A stretch of 64,000 nucleotides of DNA from Prorocentrum cordatum (lineage: Eukaryota), in assembly GCA_963575745.1 (NCBI GenBank), contig CAUYUJ010000133.1, forward strand, positions 1 through 64,000. The letters run 5' to 3'. Numbering within the stretch: the stretch's first letter is position 1; every line of letters starts with the position of its first letter. Of the stretch, positions 52,701 through 63,980 are shown in pieces. The position numbers and the translations under genes were made by a program. Under the pieces are notes generated by a model. The model saw only the letters and a list, made by a program, of their open reading frames with translations, was not told the DNA's origin and did no database searches.

Positions 52701-54084
52701 TCTGCGGCCAGGCGCCCCAGGCAGCGCAGCGCTGGGGCCGCCAGCTCCGCAGGGCCCGCCGGACAACAGCTGTGAAGAATGCGGCCAATGACCTGCTTGG
52801 ACTCGCCAGGATCCAGGAGGCTCGCCTGCGCACACCCAAGCACGTGGAACAGGGCCTCGCAGGCTGCGGCGCGCAGGCCTGGCGGGCCCTCTCCCTCCCC
52901 GACGCAGCGGAGCGTGGCGGCCAGCATGCAGCGAACGGACGCGCTGACCTCCCGGCCGCCCCTCTCGGGAGTGAAGTTGTACCACCACTCCTCGGCCAGG
53001 TATCCGAGGGCACGCAGGGAGGGCACCCGCGCGCAGGGTGCTCCCATGGCCTGGTCGCCACCCTCTGCCCACTGCTGCAGCAGCGGCACCAGCTCGCCCC
53101 AGCGCCCCATTGGCACGTCCATGGCGCCAATCTTCGCGGCCGCCACGGCCGCGCAAGACCAGACCGCCTGCTCGCGGTCCTGCAGGGCCATCAGGATGGC
53201 GCGCTTCACCGCCTCCTGAACCCTTGGCCAGAGTGACTGTTGTGGCGGGGCTTCAGGGGGACGCGGGGGCTTCAAACCCGAAGGCGCCAGCCGCTGCTGC
53301 CGTCCAGCGCATTCAGCGACCGGGAAGCCCCAGCGGGCCCACACCAAAGATCACTCTGGCGAAGGGTCACCCTCACGCGTGGCCGACTCCTTCTCCTCCT
53401 CGGGGACGCCGTCCACCCAGCGAGCCGCCAGCGTCCTGGGGAAACCAACAAGTACCAATACCGCTGCTCCCCAGACATCTCCCGGGGTGCGTTAGGCGAA
53501 TCCAGTCAGCGGTGGCAACGAGGGCCGCCCAGGAAGCCCAAAAGGGGGAAAACGAGGGAAGGGCAGGGTTTACGGGTACCTCTTCCTCCTCGGACGTCCT
53601 GTCCCGCGGCCCCGCGCGCGTAGACGACACTGCGTTCTTCAGCAGCAGCGCCGCCAGCTGCCGCAGCGCTGGCGGCGCCCCCTCGCGGCCCAGCTCCGCG
53701 GCGCAGCGCGCCAAGAACCGCACGGGGCTCGCCTCCTCGGCCCGCCGCAGGCGCTCCTCGGCCTCCCGCCCGCCGGCGGGGTCCAGCGCCGCCCACAGCA
53801 GGTCCGGGAACGAGGCCGCCTTCCTCCTCCTCCTCCTCCTCCTCCTCCTCCTCCTCCTCCTCCTGCTCCTCCTCCTCCTGCTCCTCCTCCTCCTCCTCCT
53901 CCTCCTCTTCCTCCTCCTCCTCCTCCTCCTGTTCCTGCTCCTCCTGCTCCTCCTTCTCCTCCTCCTCCTTCTCTTTCTCCTCCTCCTCCTCCTCCTCCTC
54001 CTCATCATCATCATCATCATCATCATCCTCATCCCCCTCCTCCTCCTCCTCCTCCTCGAGCGCCTCGGGCTCCCAAGCCGCCAT
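49745..54084 (-). CDS. Importin-beta (karyopherin-beta)-like HEAT-repeat protein, ~706 aa. Exons 54064-54084, 53599-53819, 53390-53435, 51518-53215, 49745-49879
   Basis: Spliced translation has importin-beta-1-like motifs in order: AEERLRRAEE..FLARCAAEL, RQLAALLLKNAV, ARW (mini-exon), AKIGAMDVPMGRWGELVPLL, SLRALGYLAEE, IEFWSSIA, RRAALLAYG, PYAEVAQ|DRCMDVL..CLGRLCRALGGE. All four junctions are in phase and follow AG|G. The first exon and the stop are the least certain parts. Confidence 0.8.
53216..53389 (-). mobile_element. MITE family M2 (AGAGTGACC..AGAGTGACC / GGTCACTCT..GGTCAC inverted ends), here one GA-AG intron. Other copies ~240-385, 11385-12740 (interrupted), 31648-31816
   Basis: Four copies share the inverted ends and the internal motif CGC.TTC.GCGA.CGGG.A.CCC. 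This copy is bounded by AG|GAG at both ends. Confidence 0.7.
53436..53598 (-). mobile_element. Dispersed repeat family E, here exactly one GA-AG intron. Other copies ~8650-8835, 20980-21140, 24995-25125, 26260-26340 (inverted), 42350-42460, 61440-61570, 62586-62690
   Basis: Shared core GGGGAAACCAACA..TACC.ATAC.GCT...CGAGGGC..CCCAGGA.GCCC...TACCT.TTCCTCCTC. This copy is flanked by the direct repeat CAGGACG on the minus strand. Confidence 0.7.
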
Positions 54085-54946
54085 GCGTCGTTCGGCGCCG
54101 CCTCCCCGCGGCAAGCCATGGCTCTGCCGCGGCCGCGGCCGCGCCCGGGGGGTCCGCGGCCTCGGCGGCAGCACCGGCGGGCGCGGCCTCTCCGCGGCTG
54201 TGGCAAGCGGGCAGCGGCGGCAGGCGGTCACGCGGGGCAAAGACGCCGAGCACGAGCAGAGAGGACGCCGACCACGCCGAGGGAGCGCGGGACGCGTAAG
54301 GACATACGAGTACTAGTGACTAGTGTGTCCTCCTCGGAGGCGTGCGTCCGAGCCGAACATTGAGTACGACCAAATTGCAGTGTGTCGTTTCATAAGCGGC
54401 ACGACGGGAAAGCGCACGCCGCGACGCATATACTGGGTGCGCGCAGTCCCCCTGGGGTAACGATGAACAAGTGGTATTAGTATGTTGGGGTGCCGCCGAG
54501 AGTAGGAGAAGGAAGTGGAGGACCAGAGCAAGCCAAAAACGAACCAGCGATGCTGCAGTACACCCTCCCGTACCAAGTCCCCTCATGACACGTCCCTACA
54601 AATTCTCCGGTTCACTGCAGCGGGCGCCCCTCGTTGAAAGGCAAGCACAAGTGGGCCTACCATTGTGACGAGGGGCCCGATTTGAAAAAGAATCGTATGT
54701 CAGTGCTCTGGCGTGCAATCAAGGAGGAACACGGAAAATACGATCATAGAGTTCAACGGGCTGTCCACCGAGATTCTCCTTATCGAGAAAAAATAAAAAC
54801 GCCTCCACCCATCCGTGTAACTATTACTTGGGGGCCTGCGCTTCGAGCAAAATCTCAAGCGACAGCCCCGTGTCAGAAAAACGCCTCCCTAGATCTGAGT
54901 GCGCGCGGCGCTGGATTGACAGCCCCCGGTTGAACACGACCAGTGC

Positions 54947-55130
54947 TTACTCCGGATTTCGTAATAAAGGGAGGGGGGTCGCATTTCGGGGGGGTCTCTT
55001 CCAGGCTATCTTGGAGGGCCTGGGGGGGTCTGGGGACGATGTTTTGGAGAGTTCTCCCACGGGGGGGGTCTGAAATGGCTTGTCTTGGAGGGTCCAGACC
55101 CCCTCCCTTTTATTACGAAATCTGGAGTAA
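54947..55130. mobile_element. MITE with ~30-bp TIRs flanked by TA (Tc1/mariner- or Stowaway-like)
   Basis: TTACTCCGGATTTCGTAATAAAGGGAGGGG ... CCCCTCCCTTTTATTACGAAATCTGGAGTAA. Confidence 0.75.
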
Positions 55131-55429
55131 TCTTTCAAGATCTTGCAACTGGTCGAGACGAACGCGCGCGGCGCTGAAGCGAGAGCCCCGCTTTGAAAAG
55201 GGGCCGCTCCCATCCCTGAGGCTATTGCACGATGCATGCCCAGCGTGGACCCCGAACAGCGAGATGTCGCAGTGTAGATGTGCAACGTAGTGAGGTCTAC
55301 GAGGTGTGATCCTCCTTCCAGAGCTTCAAGTCGTCAACTGAATAACTCGCGCAACCCTCCCACTTTCACACGCGCAACTTGTTTTGCAAAACCCACGCTG
55401 CCGCGATTGCAGTGACTACTTGGCGCTAG

Positions 55430-55724
55430 GTGGCGCATCTGCGCGTGCGCTAGCGCGCTCAAGCAAGCGCGAAGACCGGCAAGCAGGCATGACACGACAG
55501 GCGCAGCCGCGACGGCGCTTAGCGATGGCAACTTCCCAGCGCGTCTCAAAGGCAGCACTGACGCACGGCAGTTCGGTGCAGGTCGGTGGCTCGGGCGGGC
55601 GCGGTAAGATGATGACGTCCACAACGGCGGCAATGATAATGATGATAGTAGCGATGGTGGAGGCGATGATGACAATGACGACGGCAAGGATCATGATGGC
55701 GCCGATGCCTGTAACGACGATGAC

Positions 55725-55770
<46 letters not shown>

Positions 55771-56839
55771 CCCATGTGTCGGTGGCGAGGGTGATTGACT
55801 GATGACGGCGGCAGTGGCGGCGATCGACGATGACGATAAAGGTGGTGATGCGGCGGTGATGCGGCGGCGCTGCTGAGGGTGGTGGCGGGGAAGTGCGCGC
55901 CTAGAAATGCAAGACGTCTGGCAGTTTTTTGGTGGGAGAACAAATCAGTATTCATATGTGTTTGACAGGCTACATCTTGGAGCGCTCTGAGAACCTCCGG
56001 TGTTGAAAAGATTTCGACACGCGCGCGCGACGAGGTGCTCGTATGGCCCGCATGGTATTACATGATGCGAGCTCGTGCAGGGCGCGCGTGCTGAACGGGG
56101 TGGGGGGGTGAGGACTGCTGGCGGGGTGGGAACGCAACGCGTGGCGGGGTGAGAACTGCTGGCTCCGAACGAGATTGCTGACATGAAACGGCTTTCTTAT
56201 GATGTCACCAACTGTGCGCGGGCAGAACATCTGAAAAACCGGCCCTGGAAAAACCCAAACGCGTTCAAAGTTTCCGATCAAAGCGCTTGCATAACTCACG
56301 TGGTCGGTCTGGTTTCGAAATGTGCGCGCGTGGGAATTTTGTAGATTGCTCCCCCGCGAATATCCCCCAAAAACGATTCGAGATAAACGAAAGTGCGCGC
56401 ATTGCTCTATGTGGCGAAGATGAGAAAGGTCAAAACCTGTTCGGCTGGAACCGTATGAGTTCGTATGGAAATGGACGGTGAGGCAGAATCAGGTGTGCCT
56501 TGTACTGACGGCCTGGAAATTGGCACCAACACCAGCACAAGTGCTTGACTCCACATGGGGGAATTGATCCTAGATGTCGGTGTTGGTGGTAATATTCCGG
56601 TCACCTTGGAAGCCAGAATATCACCACCATCACAGAGATCGGGATCGTCTTCCCTCGGGGAAAGCACACCGCCGATCTTGGTGTTGGTGTCCACCTCTAG
56701 GCCTGCGACTGTAAAGTCTCAGGGCGGCCTGCCGAGGGGGGAAGGGCCCAGGAGAAGTGTGGGCTCCATCCTCCTGGTTGCGGTGGCTCCTGGGCACTGG
56801 GTCTCCTCCTCCTCCTCCTCCTCCTCCTCCTCCTCCTCC

Positions 56840-56879
<40 letters not shown>

Positions 56880-58040
56880 TCCTGCTGCATCTCTTTCTCC
56901 TCCTCCTTCTCCTCGCCGCATCTCTGCGGCTGCGCTCGCGCGCGCAAACTCGCGCGCAGAGCGGCCAGCTGGTTTGGCACAACCGATGCGACCGCGATGG
57001 CGCTCCCCGATGGCAACTTCCCAGCGCGTCTTAGAGGCCGCGCTGGCGCGCGGGAACTTCAGCGCGGGTCGGAAACTCAGGCGGGCGCGGTCTCAAGATG
57101 ACACCGAACACGGCGGTAACGATGATGATAAAAGTGATGGCGGTGGCGATGACGACGATGACGATGATGACGTCCACGTGTCGGTGGCGCGAGTGCTTGA
57201 GTAATGCGGCGAAGGCGGCAACTGTCGAGGACGATGACGTGATTCCGCGGCGCTGCTGAGGGTGGTGAGGAAGTGCGAGCGCGCGGAAAGGCAAGAAACC
57301 TGGCAGACTTTCAAGTGGAAGGCATGCGGTTGTGACATATCTTTTGAAAGCTACATCTTGAAATGCTTCGAAAACCAATGGTTTTCGACGGATTTCGACG
57401 CGCGCGCGCGTGGCGGCGCACGCGTGAAGCCCACATGCTACTACTATGTGATACGGGCTCGCGCACTGGGCGCACGCTAGATCAGCCGGCGCACCGCGTG
57501 GTGAGATGAGAGTGCGGGGTATGGACGAGATTTGCTGACACCTGACGGCGTTCCTGTGATTGTAGCACATACGCGCGGGCAGAACATCGGGGAGATGTCT
57601 GGCAAAGCACTGACGGGTGTTGGACAACTGTATGTTGTTGGCATGACTAGAGGTAGGTCGGGCATGCCCCCTACAGGCGGATGTTGGACGAAACGTTATA
57701 CATACTCCCAAAATGCCCAAAATATGAAGAGAACCAACAAAACAGTAAAACAATATATAGAAAGAATTAAAAAAATGTCCCCTGACTACTTTTGACTACT
57801 TTGGGATACTCCTCCTGTAAAGGGGCAGGCCCGACTTAAGACTAGAAAACATGTGGATGACGTGTGGGTACTGCGTCATGCACTCGGCGGCGACTATTGA
57901 CAATGAAAAACAATTGCGATAGATATCGAGTGCGCGCGAAGAATACCGCGCATAATACTATCTTGACAGGGGCGAGGGGCGCGATGCCAGCTGGGGAGGG
58001 ACGGCATGATTCCAGATGGAAAGTGGACGGTGAGGCAGAA
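55430..58040. repeat. Two diverged direct copies of a ~1-kb element (55430-56490; 56925-58040, the latter interrupted by an M1 MITE)
   Basis: Shared anchors CGATGGCAACTTCCCAGCGCGTCT, GCGCTGCTGAGGGTGGTG, GCTACATCTTG, GCGCGGGCAGAACATC, TGGACGGTGAGGCAGAAT. Confidence 0.8.
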
Positions 58041-59979
58041 TAGCCTACTATATGCAATAAAATGTCCCAGGGCGACCCTGAAAGACTGGGCCCAGGAGGG
58101 GGTGTGGGCTACATCGTTCTGCTTGAACTGTGAATATAGATGTATACATATATATATATATGTGTATATAAGTATACATATACACAGTGCACTATGTGTG
58201 GTGCGAGCTATGTGGTGTAAGCTATGTGGTGCCATCTATATGGTGTGAGATATGGTCTGGGAGCTGTTGGGTGCGAGCTACGTGGTGCCCTCCGTTTGGT
58301 ACGACCTACGGGGTGCGAGCTGCGTGGTGCAACGTGGCGTGAGCGATGTCCTGTACGCACGGTGCGCCCACGAGGCGCCCACGGGCGGCAGCGCGGCGAG
58401 ACCTCGGCGGACCAGCCCAGCGAACGGGGCGCCCACGAGACGCCCACGGGCGGCAGCGCGGCGAGACCTCGGCGGGCCCATCCAATGCCTGGGGGGGAAA
58501 CTTGAGAGCCCCATGCATGCAGACACTGTTCGTGGAAGTGTAACGAGGATGCGCGCGGCGCTAATGCGAGAGTACCATGTCGAAGGCGGCCGCCCATTCT
58601 ATCCTGAAGCTGCGGCAAACGTGTAAGACGAATGCGCGCGGCGCGAATGTGGGAGCCACATTTTGAAAACTGCCCCCCCTGTCCATCCCATAAGGCGCTG
58701 CAATGTTTGGAGACGAATGCACGCGGCGCTAGGGCGAGAGTCATTTTTTGAACGACCCGCTCTCCACCCCTGAAACGATTGCAAATTATAAAACCAGCGT
58801 GCGCGGCGCTGATACGAGAACCACAGTTTGAAAACCGCACCCCCTCCATCTCTAAAACTGCTGGAAACTTGTAAGACGTATGCACAAGGCACTTGGGCGA
58901 TAACCACAGTTCGAAAACGGCACACCCTCCATCCCGGATCATAAAGGATGAGGATGTCTCATGCGAAACGCCTGGCCAGCCCTATCGACACGTCTGGGGG
59001 TGCGACAGGGAGTGACTTGCAAGGAAAAGGCGTGGAGGGAGAAGTACTGACAAAGCAGGAGGAGGGGGGACAAGAAGGGGGAGACGGAGAACGAGCAGGG
59101 GAGGAGGTGAAGCAAGACGACGACGGGTCGGTCCAGCATAGTCACCAGGACTAGATGATGACAGTCCGAAATCAGCAACTCTGGTTACCATGGCAAGACA
59201 AAAAAAATCCCGCAGGAGATGCAGGCCATCACTGAATCGATGGGGAAACTGAGGGGGGATCGAGCAGGAGACGAAACCTCGTCCAAAAGGGCCCACATGC
59301 CCCGTCGAGGTCAAGATGCCCCCACCCACCCCCCGAGAAGAGTCTCGAGTGGCCGCCCAGATTGCCTCGAAGATGCTTCAAGACTGCTCAGAGACTGCTG
59401 CAAGACAGCCTCGGGGTGGCCCCTGCGCCTCCCAGGCGAGGCCCCCGAGAGGCCAAGATCATCTCACCGAAGAAGCGCGTGCCGCACCTCGCGTGTCGGG
59501 CCATCGACAGGCCTAGGAGGCCTTCGGGTGGTCCTTCATGGAAGGCGCAAAGACATAGTAGTACTATACGTCCTCCTTGGAGGCGCGCTTCCGACCCGAA
59601 CATATAGCATACGCTTCTTGTAGTATATCGTTTCCCGAGCGCTGTGGCCAGAAAGCGCCAGCCACGACGCATACATTATACGTAGCACCCCGCAATTGCG
59701 GATAAGAGTGAGGGGGCGGGCGCGGGCGCCGGTCAACGATCAACGACGAGCTGGCGGACCTCGTGGCCCTCACCTTCCATGACGATGGCGCCCTCCTCCT
59801 CCTCCTCCTCCTCCTCCTCATCCACCTCCTCCTCCTCCTCTTCCTCGTCCGCGTCCTTGTCCTCATCGTCGTCGTCGTCGTCCGCCTCCTCCTCCACCAC
59901 CTCCTCCTCCTCCTCCTCCTCCTCCTCTTCCTCCTTTTCCTCTTTCTCCTCCTCCTCCTCCTCCTCCTCCTCCTCCTCC

Positions 59980-60770
59980 TCCACCTGGAAGGAATTCAAA
60001 AAACAGCCCGCCGCAGGGGCCGAAAAATTTGATTTGTACACTGAACACGGTTTGGGTCGTAGGTTCTCCACCTGGAACAAATGCAACAGAAACCCGCCGC
60101 AGGCGCCGAAGTTTTGGCTTGTTCAGTGAACGTAGTTTGGGTCGCGGGTGGGTCGCGGGCTCTCCACCTCCACCTGGAAGGAATTCAAAAACAGCCCGCC
60201 GCAGGCGCCGACAATTTTGATTTGTACACTGAACGCGGTTTGGGTCGCGGGTGGGTCGCAGGTTCTCCACATGGAACGAATGCAAAAGAAGCCCGCCGCA
60301 GGCGCCACAAATTTTGGGTGGGTCGTGGGGTGGGTCGCGGGTGGGTCGCGGTGGGTCGCGGGTGGGTCGCGGGCTCGGTTTGGGTCGCGGGTGGGTCGCA
60401 GGTTCTCCACCTGGAACGAATGCAAAAGAAACCCGCCGCAGGCGCCGAAAATTTTGGGTGGGTCGCGGGGTGGGTCGCGGGTGGGTCGCGGGTGGGTCGC
60501 GGTGGGTCGCGGTTGGGTCGCGGGTGGGTCGCGGGTGGGTCGCAGGGTGGGTCGCAGGGTGGGTCGCGGGTGGTTCGCCGGTGGCTCGCGGGTGGGTCGC
60601 CGTGGGGGTCTCTGGGTGGCTCGCGGGCGGGTCACGGGGTGGGTCGCGGGTGGGTCGCGGGTGGGTTGCGGGGTGGGTCGCGGGGTGGGTCGCGGGGTTG
60701 GTCGCGGGTGGGTCGCGGGGTGGGTCGCGGGTGGGACGGGGTCGCGGGGCGGGTCGCGGGTGGGACGACG
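59980..60770. repeat. Composite tandem repeat (CCACCTGGAA..CCCGCCGCAGGCGCCGA blocks) plus (GGGTCGCGGGT)n satellite
   Basis: Direct reading. Confidence 0.9.
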
Positions 60771-61593
60771 ACAACAACAACAAGCATCCGCATCGCGGAA
60801 TTCCACTTCAGCCACGCACCCAGGGACAGTGAATGACCGTTCGGTTCAGCCCCCTCACTCTGACGATGTCTGAGTGCGCGCGTCGCCCCTGAAGGGGCGA
60901 CGCACATGCATGTAGACGTACGTTTGGGTGACGCCGATTTCGAGTAGTTTGAGCTAAGTTCCTCAGCCGACCATCCCATCTCCCTCGCTCCTCTGCTCTT
61001 CACCTGTAATCCAGCAGCAGTACCCCCCCTGGGTGACAAAGAACACGGCAGGTGGTCTTGGCTTGCCCGGGCAGGCACACCGTTTGTAGGTATAGACGGA
61101 CGATCGCAGAAACACATAACACGCAATGTGCTCGAATCAATCAGTGCATACCTCCAACATGCTACAAACAATGATGGTGCAGATTTCGACCTGCTTGTGT
61201 GGACCAACAAGTACTCATCTTCCAGACCCAAAAGGTCGAAGCAATCTACATGGACCCCTTCAGCCCATAAGGCGCGTTGCCACTAACAATGCGCGTCGCT
61301 CGTCTGGAAAAGGGCGTGAAGCTTACAAGCATAAATGCACAGGCAAGTCCTCACTTGCACGGGCACCGCCCTGACTTGAACGAATTTCGTTGCGCCGACA
61401 AGATTTGACGCTGCCCGTCCAAAACCAAAAGGCACCGCTACCACTACTCCCCAGACCTGCGATCTGACCTGAATGTCGATGCGAGGACGAGGGCCTCCCA
61501 GGAGGCCCAAAAAGGGGGAAAGCTAGCGAAAGATATCAGTATGGGTACCTTTTCCTCCTCTGAGTCCAGCCTGGGCCAGTGCCGGCGCATCAG

Positions 61594-63980
61594 CTACATG
61601 TCCACAAGACAGTCGTCAGAAATCCCATTGTGCGACACCAGCTGGTCGATACACTGCGGCGGCATGAGGGGTGCGAGGACCGCCCTCCACTCGGGCGTGT
61701 CTGGCACTTTACGGTACACCTCAGGGCTCCAGCTAAACAGAGTTGTTCGTTTTCATTGTGTCTCCGTTGTCTTTCGTTCTGCCTTCGTTCTGCCTTTGCT
61801 GCAAAACGAATTCAAAACGAAAACGGTCCATGAAATCGTCAAAACACCGTTCAGCTCGATCCCTGGTACACCTCCTCATCCGTGCTTGCAATTGTGTCGG
61901 AGGGGGATGGGCGCAGCTTCTTCTGTGAAAGGAATTCTTGCATCCATCCAGAGTGGGCCATAATCGGCTTCGTCAAGCTCGGCAGAGAATCGTACACTGT
62001 CGAGAACGCCTTCACGCTGCGCCCAGACATGAGGTAGTGGAAGTCTGCACGCCCGCTGATCCCAGACGTGTAAAAAACAGCGTTCTCGCTTACAGCCGCC
62101 AGTCTCTGGTTTTTCCCGGGCGTCTCAAGTCGACTAGGTGAAGACATGTTTAAGTCGATCTTCGTTTTCAACAGAACATCTGGACGACATAGAAACACAG
62201 AATCGTACACATGGCCTGTAGCTTCTTGGTAGTCGTCTATGATCTGCAGCACCTTGGACAGGGAACGAACCATCGAAACGTGGTTGATTTGAGGGTAGTC
62301 GCCTCCGCTCCAGTGTCCATGCGGAAGACGTTCCGCCATTGCATTGATCTCGGGCATATCATCTTCATTGACTTCATAGTGCGCGACTGTGGGATTGTAG
62401 AGCTTTTTCAGCGAGCCCCCATAGCTTGGGCTCCACGAGTGGATGAACACGTCAGTAGGACCCAGAAGGTTCTCTTCGAGCAGCTTGGCCGGGATCGACA
62501 GGTTCACCGTCGACTTCATGCTCGCCTGTGGTCCATCCTGCAACTGTCTCTGCGATGATTCCTGGGCGAACTTCCCACGTATACCTGGGGAAGCAGAAAG
62601 GCACCGTTACCCCTGACCCCTCCCAGGGCGCACGATGACCAGGATGTCACGGAATATCTGACCGTGGCGACGAGAGCTCTGCAGGACGGGCAGCGGCCCA
62701 GGTATACGATCCACGAGCAAGAGACGGCACAAGCATAAACTTGCGGAGGTCCGAGCGGATGTCTCGGGTCGGCGCTGGAGCACCGTGGCGGCGCCTCCAG
62801 CCACGCGCGCTCCGCGCGCCAGGGAGGGGCGTCCCGCGCCGAGCCTAGACACCAGCGCAGACCTCCACAAGTCTATGCTGATGCCGTCTTCTGGCTCCAC
62901 GATCTGGTTCCTGCTTCTGAAATCAGACCAGTGATGCCGCCGTAAAACGCGATCGCGTACGGCTTCGCCTGCACAGGCACCGCAGCAGAGGCCGCCGAGG
63001 AGGCAGCCTCGACCGGCCTGGCCACCGGCGGGTCCGCCGCGGGAGCTGCAGCGGGGGTCGCCTGGCAGGACTGAGCTGATCGGCGGCGAGCCCAGGGGTG
63101 AAGTGAGAAGGGGCCGGCCTCCTCGGAGGGCTCCGACGTCCCTTGGCCTCCCAGAAGTTTCCCAAGCCTTGCCCGGAGACACCCAAGACCTCTCAGGAGG
63201 CCAGAGGGCTTCCGAGAGCCCCGCCAGCTTTCTGAGCAGGCCATCTCCTTCTCACTTCCCCCCTCGCTCAACGACGAGCGTAATCGAATCGCGAAATCGG
63301 ATCGGAGACAGATCGCATCGACAGCGAGTCGTCCCGGATCGAATCGAGGTCGGACCGCCGAGCCCTGCGACCGTTGACCCCAGCCGATGCCAGTGAACCC
63401 AGCAGAGGCGAATCGCATCAGAATCGCGGTCCCAGCCTGCGAATCGAATCGCTTCGAATCGGATCGCAGGAGGCCCTGCCTGGGGGACCGCTCGGGGCGC
63501 CGTCACCGACTTCTTGGCTGCCTCCTCAATCCAGCGCTTCATCAGTGCATCTGCTTCCGCCGAGGAGGCGGCGGGGAGGCCGCCAGACGGTGCGCCTGGG
63601 AAGCCGCCCGGGAAGCCGCCAGGAGAAGCGGCCGGGTGAGCCACCTTCGGGGCCGCAGGGAGAGCCAGCGGGGGGGGCGCCAGGGAGGTCGCCGCGGGGG
63701 CTGCTGGCGGTGAGGGCAGCTGGCTGGGCGCGCGGGGAGGGCCACTGGGAGACGTCCCAGCGGCCGCCGTCATAGGGGCCGCCAGGGGGGCTGGTTCACC
63801 GAACGAACTGAGCCTGGTCTTGCTGGGCACCCAGTCCTTCGTCGTGGGGGAGAGGTGCTTCCACTCCGTCGCCTCCTGAGGGCACGGTGCACGCTTGTGC
63901 GAATAGCCCTCCGCAATGTCTTTCGAGTGGTTCAGGCCAACCATCCAATTGCCTTTCTTCTCCACGAAAACCGTCGGCCC
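61594..63980 (-). CDS. 3' part of a multi-exon gene: small Trp-containing domain, Pro/Ala linker, C-terminal putative glycosyltransferase-like domain. Exons ~63480-63980, 62929(or 62911)-63061, 61872-62584, 61594-61719; 5' end outside the window
   Basis: In-phase junctions VPQ|ATP (GC-AG), ITG|IRGK (GT-AG; an in-phase GA donor at 62910 is an alternative) and DEE|VYRK (GT-AG). Motifs YAIAFYG, DVFIHSW and YDSVFLCRPD resemble an uncharacterised GT-A-like family. The function is an inference. Confidence 0.75.
61713..61874. mobile_element. Introner-like MITE (61723-61864) with 10-bp TSD, forming intron 61720-61871
   Basis: GGTACACCTC at 61713-61722 and 61865-61874. Imperfect terminal inverted repeats AGGGCTCCAGCTAAACAGAG / AGGGATCGAGCTGAACGGTG (15/20). 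Both splice sites lie in the TSD (GAG|GTGTACC on the minus strand). Confidence 0.8.
63100..63258. mobile_element. Hairpin repeat family K inside intron 63062-63479; related copies ~28165-28300, 30610-30735, 33760-33885, 50100-50175
   Basis: Inverted ends AAGTGAGAAGG ... CCTTCTCACTT and shared TTCTGAG(A/C)AGGCC motifs. Confidence 0.55.

Noticed and set aside
53223..53347. N-terminus of the 653-aa ORF (MVWARW..RQQRLA) and an alternative-frame LNALDG mini-exon
   Set aside because: Lies inside the M2 MITE shared with three other loci; the exon at 53390-53435 fits importin-beta better and has AG|G junctions.
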